From: Octopus sinensis
Lineage: Eukaryota
Assembly (NCBI RefSeq): GCF_006345805.1
Contig: NC_043002.1
Location: 49,910,001-49,974,000 of the forward strand
DNA length: 64,000 bases
Reading direction: 5' to 3'
Within the stretch, counting starts at the first letter, position 1, and every line of letters starts with the position of its first letter. Both the position numbers and the translations under genes were made by a program. The notes under the pieces were generated by a model. That model searched no databases and was not told where the DNA came from. It was given only the letters and a program-made list of their open reading frames with translations. Positions 53,686 to 64,000 of this stretch are shown one piece after another.

Positions 53686-55129
53686 AAAAAAACAACAGAA
53701 TGGATTATATTTTATTTTTACTCTGTTTAATTTCTACTTTTTCGTTCATACATCGTTTAATTCTCATGATTCCAGGTTTTTACGGAGCATATATATAGGG
53801 CGTGGGGTATTTTTTTTCTCTCTTTACGAGTGGGGTGGTGTTTTCGTTTAGTTGGTAGTGGGTATGCTAAATTATTTATTTTAATTCCCCTTTCAAGTTT
53901 TTTTTCTCCTCTAAAATTAAATAGAGTAGACAAATGAATCGTTGAGGAGTAATCTTAAAGTCCATTAGTTTGTTGTTGAACCGATCAACTGTTTCAATAA
54001 AACCCAAATATACCCGTCTCAGTCTCTACCCGAAACATCTTAAACTTGTGTCCACCTTGATAAGAGATACGTCTACGTTGGACAAAATTGAACTGTGATT
54101 GATGTTTTCCTCATATTAAAATCACCGTTAAATTATAGACATGCATATACACAATACGAATATACATACCGTCTATATGTAATGCATGTCTCTATAACCT
54201 AAAAATACGTGTACACATAGGTATATATGTATTTATTTATGCATAAATCTATGTAAGACGTACACATAGTTATATGTATGGATATATATGTTCTGGTTTA
54301 ATAGTAAGGATTGAAAAATGCGATGAACATAATAATATACACACACTCGAATGTACAAGCAATTATAATGATCGTTATTAACGATTCGTTAGCCATAATA
54401 AATGCTTGTATATATTTCAGTATCTCTAACCGATTATATTTGTGTGTAAATATTTATATATAATTGTATACACGCACACTCATGTGTGCAAGTATGATAA
54501 ACAATGTACATACATGTATATCTATGGATGCATATACTGAAGCATTTATTATACGAAAGATTATCTCTGCTGAAGCTAATTCTTATCTCTGCCCGACATC
54601 CTTGTTACTTTTAACACGTAGATAATCCTTATAAGACGAAATAAAACAAGCAGGAATAACAATAAAAAGAAGTTATTAAACCAACAAAACGAAAATAGAA
54701 ATAAAGTGAAATCTAATTGCGAAGTAATTATTCTATAAACTACCACTACGCCTGGCTACATATTGCTGTAGTATCCTTTCTAGCCATCCATATTTCGTAA
54801 TCGACTATCGTTCGTTTGTGTGGTGAGTTGTCTGTAATCTGCCTGGTGTAATTATATAAATAACAAGTTGTTTTCTTTCTGGTTGGGTGTAAACTTGCAA
54901 GATGTCCACGCGATACTATCATCATCGACATCGCCGTCTAATTGGAGTATTTTTTTGCTGGCTGGGAGGCACGAGGAAAGCAAACAAAGGATACATAACG
55001 GTGTTTAGAAAAAACGAAAGAAATAATGAAAATAATCTGTTTTTGTCCCGAAACGTTTGCCACACTTTTATCCTGCGGAGGAGACCTTACAGAAGTTTAC
55101 TGTTTAGATTTTTCTACGAGTGTGTATCC

Positions 55130-55162
<33 letters not shown>

Positions 55163-55215
55163 CATATTTATATATATATATACTTTATTTAAAGCAGCAG
55201 AAAATTCAACAAAAT

Positions 55216-55253
55216 CTGTTACTCTGAGTTTCTCGTTGCCGTCCATCAGACAG
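55216..55253 (-). ncRNA. Degenerate minimal hammerhead-like motif in a Penelope-like terminal fragment (55183-55260)
   Basis: Minus strand CTGT-CTGATGG-ACG(GCAA)CGA-GAAA-CTC-A-GAG-TA-ACAG: stem I CTGT/ACAG, GNRA-capped stem II, stem III CTC/GAG. Core A9>G. Confidence 0.55.
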
Positions 55254-55312
55254 TTTTTGCTATATATATACACACATATAAAATGTATATCTTTAGACAC
55301 ACATCTGTCTGT

Positions 55313-55354
<42 letters not shown>

Positions 55355-55967
55355 ACATATCTATTTCTGTGTGTGTATATACTATTAATTCATAGTGTTT
55401 CAGAAACAGGACGGAGAGTAAATTATATTATGAGTGTTATTAATTGGTTGTAATGACAGCGATTATAGAATAAAAATTAGAATTTATACAATTGAGTTAA
55501 TTTCTACTCTAGAAGTTTTGTTTTCGAATGTACCTGCTGATTAATACACATACCTTAATACCCAATATAATATAACATTATATATATATGTATACACACA
55601 GTGAGGGCCGTCCTCAATAGCTACCGTGACTCCCAGTGCAATGGGGATGGTTGAGGTTATGTCTCTCTCTGTGAATGTTCCCCCATTATAATTTTATCCT
55701 CGTACATCAGAACTGTGATGTTCTGTGTGACACATACATGTATTGATTACCTTTGGAATAATATATTGTTGCATATGAGTGTGTGTGTATATATATATAT
55801 AGCGTTTCAGTCATTAGATTGGAGCCATGCTGGGGCCACCGCCCTGATGAATTTTTAAGCGAATGTATCGACTCCTGTCCTTATTTTTAAAGCTTGGTAC
55901 TTTATCAGTCTCATTGGCCGAATCGCTACGTTACGGGGACGTAAACATACCAGCACACAAACATATA

Positions 55968-56071
55968 GGCGGGGGTAAAGAATATGCACACCACTCGTTT
56001 TCGGCTTAGCCGTAACGCTAAACCTCACCCTAAACCCTAACCACCAAGTGTGCGTGTTCTTTACCTTTGCC
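55968..56071. mobile_element. Small fold-back element/MITE with 24-bp inverted ends and internal CCCTAA-like repeats, nested in a SINE-A (55803-56220)
   Basis: GGCGGGGGTAAAGAATATGCACAC ... GTGTGCGTGTTCTTTACCTTTGCC. Confidence 0.7.
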
Positions 56072-56483
56072 AGATATATATATGTATACGACAAGCTTCT
56101 TTCAGTTTCCGTCTATCAAATTCACTCACAAGACTTTGGTTGGTTCGAGGGTTATAGTACAAGACACTAACCCAAGGTATCACGAATGGGACTGAACCCT
56201 CAATCATGTGGTTGAGAACAATTTTACATTCCACTGAAGGATTACTTAACTCTTTTTGTAGAGTACGTAATAATTCTTTTACAAGAATAGAGTTGACAGT
56301 GACTTATAAAAGAATTATTTATATATATAAAATTGACATATTTATATATTCATATATATGTTTGTATATATAGATTTATATACATATATATATATATATA
56401 TTTATATGTATGTATATATATGTATATTTATATATGTATATATGTATATATATGTATATATATTTACATATATTATATATATA

Positions 56484-56530
<47 letters not shown>

Positions 56531-56736
56531 TTTTATATATGTATTTATATATATAAATATATTGGTGTACGTATTTATATATATATAAATACATATATAT
56601 AGTGTATATATATATATATATAAATATATATAAATACAACCCATGCTAGCATGGAAAGTGGACGTTAAATGATGATAAGTGTATATATATATAGAAATAT
56701 ATGTAAATATATATAAATATACATATATAAATATAT

Positions 56737-57088
56737 AACCACATGGTTCCGGGTTCAGTCCCACTGCGTGGCACCTTGGGCAAGTGTCTTCTACTATAGC
56801 CTCGGGCCGACCAAAGCCTTGTGAGTGGATTTGGTAGACGGAAACTGAAAGAAGCCCGTCGTATGTATATATATATATATATATATGCGTGTGTGTGTGT
56901 TTGTGTTTATCCCCCTAGCATTGCTTGACAACCGATGCTGGTGTGTTTATGTCCCCGTTACTTAGCGGTTCAGCAGATAGAATAAGTACTGGGCTTACAA
57001 AAGAATAAGTCCCGGGGTCAAGTTGCTCGATTAAAGGCGGTGCTCCAGCATGGCTGCAGTCAAATGACTGAAACTAATAAAAGAGTAA
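56737..57088 (+). mobile_element. SINE family A (further copies at 57358-57857 and 59130-59470)
   Basis: Family A modules, with increasing CpG loss. Confidence 0.85.
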
Positions 57089-57493
57089 GATACATTTTAG
57101 GGTGGCCATGCAGTTCACAGTACTATGAGTCTGGTGTGGATGGGGCTCAGCTTTGTGCTAGGGGGTGATGGGGGTTACCATATATTGATATGTTATATTT
57201 ATGTCATATTTGTTATATTTATATATGTCATATATTTAATATATATGTATGTTTATATAGGCATATATTATACTTATATATATTGTACTTATACATATAT
57301 ATATTTTTAGATTTATATTATATATTTATGTTTATATATATATATATAGAGAGAGAGAGAGGAGTGGCTGTGTGCTAAGTAGCTTGCTTACTTGGCACCT
57401 TGGGCAAGTGTCTTCTGCTATAACCCTGGGCCGACCAAAGCCTTGTGAGTCAATTTGCTAGATGCAAACTGAAAGAAGCTTATATATATATAG

Positions 57494-57526
<33 letters not shown>

Positions 57527-57884
57527 TAGGAAGGGCATCCAACCGTAGAAACATTGCCAGATCAGACTGGGCCTGGTATAGCCTTCTGGCTTCCCAAACC
57601 CCAGTTGAACTGTCCAACCAATGCTAACATGGAAAGCGGACACTAAACGATGATGGTGTGTGTGTGTGTCCATGTTTGTCCCCCAACATTGCTTTATAAC
57701 CAATGTTGGTGTGTTTACGTTTCTGTAACTTAGCAGTTTGGCAAAAGAAACCAATAAAAAAAGTACTAGGTTTACAAAGAATAAGTCCTGTGATCGATAT
57801 GCTCAACAAAAGGTGGTGTCCGGCGTGGCTGCAGTCAAATGACTGAGATAAAAGAATCTCTATATAATACCTGTATATAGATAA

Positions 57885-57940
<56 letters not shown>

Positions 57941-57941
57941 T

Positions 57942-57972
<31 letters not shown>

Positions 57973-58289
57973 ATATATATATATATATATACACATATAT
58001 ATCTATAATATACATATATATACGTATGTATGTATATTTAGCCAATCGTTAGTCTGCTTTTGTATTTATGCAGTGTTTGCTGTGGATCTAAGGTCATGCA
58101 TATTGGTAGTGGTGTTAATGTAAATGCAATTTTGCAGAACGATCCCTACAAAGGGAATCTGCTCTGTTTACATCTGCTGTCATGGTTCCAACACAAAGAT
58201 TAAAGTGATGATGTGCTTTGTACTCAATACATGTGGCTTACGTAGTAACCTTAGGCACATAGACTAGAGTTAAGAATTAGAAAGAGAGA

Positions 58290-59130
58290 GATGGGTGGAT
58301 ATGAGTGTAGAGAATATTCAGTAAGCCTTGAGAGTACACCATTGGGTCAGGTGGCCAAGAATGAGTTTTCTGCACATGACCTAGAAATGGGGAAGTGTGG
58401 TAGAGACATGAAGATGGTTGGATGCAGCATCTTTTACTTGTTTCCTTTTTATAGGAGGGAGGTAGTCAGAGTGATAAAGAGGTCATATTCACTGCAGGTG
58501 ATGGGGGAGATGAAAGATTGAGGGATGTGATTGATGAAAAGGTAGTCAAAAGAGGGGTATTCAATAGGTAGGTTGAAGTTGGGGTTAAATTGCAAGTTGA
58601 GGGGCAGCCAGATCATCATTTAACATCTCTGTTTCTTGATGGCATGGGTTGGGCTGTTTGACGGGATCTGATGTGTCCAAGAATTGCATTGTACTCCATT
58701 GTCTGCTCTGTTTTTATAGCTTGATGCCCTTCCTAATTCCTTCCACTTTACCACTCTTTTGTATGCCACCTGCACATTTTAGGGTGGCCATGTTGTACAC
58801 AGAACTATGAGTCTGGGGTGGGTGGGGCTCAGCTTTGTGCTAGGGGGGTGAGGGGGATTACCATAAGAGGTGAGGTCCAGAGCAGGTTCCTGCAGAGGGA
58901 ACTTGCTCTGGCCACATCTAGTAGGGGAAAAGGATGGGGGTGAAGAGATAAAGAAAATGATAAATAAGAACTGCAAGACATAGATGATGGCAGTAAGGTG
59001 CCCAGGCGGCCCTACAAGGCACAAGTTGAGCAGAAGTATGTAGGTGAGTGGTTTACAAGATTGTATGGGAAAATGAATGAAGGGTAGGGAGATGAGCAAA
59101 TGGAGGCATGTATTCATTATATTGTTTGTC
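58290..59130 (-). mobile_element. Highly decayed Penelope-like GIY-YIG region
   Basis: Weak minus-strand similarity to the PLE linker and GIY-YIG segments. A ~90-bp piece is duplicated at 57091-57183. Confidence 0.35.
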
Positions 59131-60967
59131 ATAGCTTGGCTTTCTGGTTAAGAAGTTCAGTTTGTAACTATGTAGTTTGGTGCCTTCTGCTATAGTCTTA
59201 GGCCATTGAGTACCTTGTATGTGAATTTGGTAGAAACTGTGTGGAAATCTGTCGTATGTGTGTATATACGTGTGAGTTTGTGTTTGTATCTCTACCATTT
59301 CTTTTGGCTTATTCATGTCCCCATAGCTCTGCAGTTTGGCAAAAGAGGTCAATAGAATAAGTACCAGACTTGAAGAAAACCAAAGTGTTGGGGGGTCAAT
59401 TTGTTTGGCTCAACTCTTCAAGATAGTGTCCCAGAGTAGCCACAGTCCAATAACTGAAAGAAGTGGAAAATTAAAGAGATCTTGAAATCATAACAGGCTA
59501 TATTGGATCAATTATGTCCCTCACACTTTATTTTCACTTTCCCATTTTGTGCTCTGTTACCATCATACTCTTCTTTCTTTTTTATTTATTATTTTTTTGC
59601 ATCCAAGACTTTTCATTACTCTATCTCCTGGATCATGTTACCTTCTGTTATTTCTCTATTGTCTTTGTCACATGTTAAATGTATGTATCTTTCTCAGAAT
59701 ATTGAATGCCCCTTAGACTCACCCCACAATCACACCTCCCTCTTTTCCCTTTTTACTCTCACTCATACCTCTATCGCTCATATTTCTCTATAAAGAGGTT
59801 GGCAAGTGGTCAGTCTCTTTAGTCATATCACGAACATGGTTACATCCTTAGTACTTGTTTCATGACAAACACTGTATAACAAGTAAGGCTGAGGGCATCA
59901 TTATTTGGACTTGATGAGGGCATGACACCTCTCTAGTGCTGAGAGCCTAGCATTGAGTTGTATGGAATCTCAGACTTGCATTTTGCTGTGGTTTCAGTAA
60001 GATATATTTTTTTGCTCAAGACAGTGTGACTACACAGGTGTACAAGAGAAAGAAAGCAGTGACAGCTTGAACTAGAATGTGTGAAGAGAACAAGAGTATG
60101 GTAGCTGTGAGTGAGTGGCTGAGGTAGAGGTGAGAAGGGTGATGGGTCACAGTGGAGGCAGAGAAAGGCTAGAGTGTTAGATGATAATAGTAGGCAGGGA
60201 ATGAAGTGATAGCTGGGATAAAAGTAAAGCTCACTGGGCTATAGTTGAATATACTTGCCCCAAATGCCATACAATAAGGCTTGATCCTGAAAGCGGGGGG
60301 GGGGGGGGGGGGATAGACTAGGTTTCTACATCATTTAACATCCATTTTCCATGCTAGCATGAATTCTTATCTACCAAATATACTTACAAGCCATTTACTG
60401 TGGTATAGTTGAAAACACTTGCCCTAAGTACTGTAGTATGGGACAGAACCTGTAAGCCATGTCTGTGTATGTGTGTGTGTATCATCATCATGATTTGATT
60501 TCTGTTTCCATGTTATCATGGGTTGGATGGTTTGACAGGAGCTAGTGAACCAGAGGATTTGCATCAAAATTCTGATGTCTACTTTGGTATAGTTTCTAAT
60601 GCTGGAGGCCTAAATTTAAGTCAACCACTTTACAGAGGGTACTGGGTGCTTTCTATGTGGCACTAGTGGTGTCAACAAGTAGCTCACATGGCAAGTCCCC
60701 TCACCTTCAACTGAGGTGGATAGGTGTTGAGGATGATGGTTTTAAGCTGGGTAATGAGAGGCTAAAGGATGATAGAGGTTCAGGAACAGGTGTCTTGCTG
60801 TTGGGAAGTATATGGCTATCTTAGCTGGAACAGGAAAAATATGCTAATGACGAAGCATCAGGGCTCACTTTTAAGTTACTGGAAGCTGGATCTAAAGTAT
60901 TATCGAGGGACCGGAACAGGTGTTTTACTGTAGGGAGATATATGGTTACATATATGTATATTATAAA

Positions 60968-61197
60968 GGCGGCGAGCTGGCAGAAACGTTAGCACGCTGG
61001 GCGAAATGCATAGCTGTATTTCGTCTGTCATTACGTTCTGAGTTCAAATTCCGCTGAGGTCGACTTTGCTTTTCATCATTTCGGGGTTGATTAAATATGT
61101 ACCAGTTACACATTGGGGTCGATGTAATCGACTTAATCCGTTTGTCTGTCCTTGTTTGTCCCCTCTGTGTTTAGCCCCTTGTGGGTAGTAAAGAAAT
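60968..61197 (+). mobile_element. SINE family B, full length with TSD
   Basis: 15-bp TSD ATATATGTATATTAT at 60950-60964 and 61198-61212. Head, B-box, Deu/Nin-like core and tail present. Confidence 0.9.
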
Positions 61198-61880
61198 ATA
61201 TATGTATATTATGAGTGTATGTCTTGAATTTGTTTTCTGTTTTTGCTTCGCCTGTCATCATCATTGTTTAATGTCTGTATTCCATACTGGCATGGGTTGG
61301 ATGGCTTGACAGGAGCTGACCAAACTCCAATTGTCTATTGTAGTATGGTTTCTATGGCTGGATGCCCTTGCTATATATATATATATATATATATATATCA
61401 TCATCGTTTAACGTCCTTCTTCCATGCTGACATGGGTTAGACAGTTTGATAGGAGCTTGCACTATGCTTCTGTGTCTGTTTTGGCTTCATTATATATATA
61501 TATTTAAACTTAAAGCTTATAATTATTATTTACAAAATTTTCACTCATCACTGTTTTTTAATTTAATGCAGAATATATGTGTAAGGCAAGTGGAATTGAA
61601 ATCAAATCCGATGACAGCACTGCATGACTGGCATCTGTGCTAGTGGAGCGCTAAGAGCACCATCCGAGCATGATCGTTGCCAGGGCTGCTGACTGGCTCC
61701 CATGCAAAAGAGACTGATAGAATAAGCACTAGGCTTACAAAGAATAAGTCTTGGGGTTGATTTGTTAAAAACAATATCTCTGTTTGCCCCTCCCCCCATC
61801 ACAGCTTGACAACCAGTGTTGGTGTGTTTACGTCCCCATAACTTAGCATGCTAATTTTCAGAAGCAAAATATCACCTTGA

Positions 61881-62581
61881 CCCTTTAGCATTCAGATTAC
61901 TCTGTCAAATGTAATGCTTTTTCATTCACACTATTTTGAAGTGTTCATGTGTTAGTTCATAGCTTTAGAATCTTGATGATGATGATGCTTATTTTTAGAA
62001 TGACCTTGTAGAGTAGGTGTGAGTGGCTGAATCTGGCCAGTTTGAACATAGAACAAGTAGAATATTTGGGCTGGTTATCATCATCATCATTTAATGTCTT
62101 CCCTCTATGCTGATATGGGTCAGACAGTTTGACAGGAGCTGGCCAGGCAGAAGTCTGCACCATACTTCTGGTGTTTTTTTCTTACAGCTGGATGCCCTTC
62201 CTAACACCAACTACCCCACTGAGTGGGCTGAGTACTTTTTACTTGGCACCAGCATAGGTGAGGTCAGTTTTGGCTTGATTTCTACAGCTGGATGCCCTTT
62301 CAAATGCCAACCACTTAACAGTGTGAACAGGGTGCTTTTTAAGTGGCACCTGCACTGACAGGGTCTCCAAGTAACTTTGCAAGACAAGGAATCTTTGAGA
62401 GGGGAGGGGAGGAGAGCATTGGAGGAGGTGATCTTGTGTCAGATGATGAAAGGAGACAGAGACAGAAATGGAGGTCTTGCTGTAGAGGAGATATATTGTT
62501 ACCCAACCAGAGAGGGTGAGAGAGTCAGAAAGAAAGAGAGCAGAAACAGGTGTGTTGTTGGCTGGTTTAAATACCAAAGGG
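61881..62581. mobile_element. piggyBac-like MITE with a nested SINE/RTE-type tail insertion
   Basis: TTGA|CCCTTTAGCATTC ... TACCAAAGGG|TTAA. Homologous to 34254-34549. Confidence 0.7.
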
Positions 62582-62793
62582 TTAAAAATAAAATTTTATA
62601 AATCAGATTTGCCATAAATATATGTTATTAATTTTCCTTAATTTTTATCAATTTTGTAATTTCGATCTATTCCATTATAAACCTATTTCTACAAAATTCC
62701 TTTTAAAAAAGGTGTATTTTTCAGGAGGTTATAGGAATCAGCATTGGTGATCTGACACCAAACTGGAGTTATTTCTCCCACTCTCTCTCTCTC

Positions 62794-62829
<36 letters not shown>

Positions 62830-62830
<1 letters not shown>

Positions 62831-63602
62831 TAGGTGCAGGTGTGGCTGTGTGCTAAAAACCTTGTTTCCCAACCACATGGTTCCAGGTTCAGTCTCATTG
62901 CATGGCACCATGGGCTGACCAAAGTCTTGTGAGTGGATTTGGTAGACGAAAACTGAATGAAGCCTGTCGTATATATATGTATATGTTTGTGTGTCTATGT
63001 TTGTCTCCTCACCATTGCTTGACAACTGATGTTGGTGTGTTTGTGTCCCCTTAACCTAGTGGTTCAGCAAAAGAGTTCGACAGAATAAGTAATAGGCTTA
63101 GAAAGAATAAAATAAGCCCTGGGTTGATTTGTTCGACCAAAGGTGGTGCTCCAGCATGGTCACAGTCAAGTGACTGAAAAAATACAAGAATATATATATA
63201 TTCTTTTTTTCTTTTTTTATTTTACTTGTTTCAGTCATTTGACTGTGGCCATGCTGGAGCACCGCCTTTAGTCGAGCAAATCGACCCCGGGACTTATTCT
63301 TTGTAAGCCCAGTACTTATTCTATCGGTCTCTTTTGCCGAACCGCTAAGTGACGGGGACGTAAACACACCAGCATCGGTTGTCAAGCAATGCTAGGGGGA
63401 CATACACACACACACAAACACATATATATATATATATACATATATACGACAGGCTTCTTTCAGTTTCCGTCTACCAAATCCACTCACAAGGCATTGGTCG
63501 GCCCGAGGCTATAGCAGAAGACACTTGCCCAAGATGCCACGCAGTGGGACTGAACCCGGAACCATGTGGTTGGTTAGCAAGCTACTTACCACACAGCCAC
63601 TC
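62830..63602. mobile_element. Tail-to-tail pair of full-length SINE-A copies (62830-63185 +, 63220-63602 -)
   Basis: Both copies carry all family A modules and are ~35 nt apart. Confidence 0.9.
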
Positions 63603-64000
63603 ATATTTTTTTTTGTAAAATTATTCTTTTATATTTTTTCAGCCCTAAGTCAGTGACCATGCTGAAGCAAGAATTTAGCATAAACTTTTACAAACTTTGC
63701 CAACATTTTAAAAGTTTTGGCTTGAATTTAAGCAGAATATATGTGACTGCAGTCATGCTGGGGCACCACCTTGAATTTTTAGCTGAATGAATCAACCCCA
63801 GTGCTTATTTTTTAAGCCTGGTACTTATTCTAGCCATCTCTTTTGCTGAACTGCTAAATTATGGGGATATAAACACACCAACACTGGTTGTCAAGCTGTG
63901 ATAGGTGGGGGACAAACAAGACACACACACACACACTTTTTTTCTTTAATTTATTTCAGTCATTTGACTGCAGCCATGCTGGAGCACTGCCTTTAGTTGA

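Noticed and set aside
56015-56045. Interstitial telomere
   Set aside because: Only 2-3 imperfect CCCTAA units, located inside a fold-back element.

Overview
Repeat-rich eukaryotic genomic DNA, most likely from an octopus or other coleoid cephalopod. That assignment is an inference from the SINE families and the very high microsatellite density. There is no long true ORF; almost all track ORFs are microsatellite or repeat translations. The one convincing coding signal is a 40-nt first exon on the minus strand (52592-52631). It encodes MPRRKQNCPKRLK, the N-terminal NuRD/RBBP4-binding motif of teashirt/FOG/SALL/BCL11-type zinc-finger repressors, most like teashirt/tiptop, and is followed by a GTAAGT donor. 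Everything from 52591 down to 1 is then probably one very large intron, possibly split by a 6-nt microexon at 45667-45672. A CpG-rich ETS/E2F/NRF1 promoter at about 53.0-53.7 kb looks bidirectional, with a non-coding plus-strand first exon. SINE copies right of about 57 kb show CpG decay, while most copies in the left intron do not. The rest of the window is three or four SINE families, Helitrons, hAT/piggyBac/mariner/pogo remnants and decayed CRE-, Jockey/I- and Penelope-type retroelements, two of them carrying hammerhead-ribozyme-like folds. It also holds a 198-bp satellite, several long inverted repeats, a candidate Pbx/Meis/Hox enhancer and a 100-N gap.
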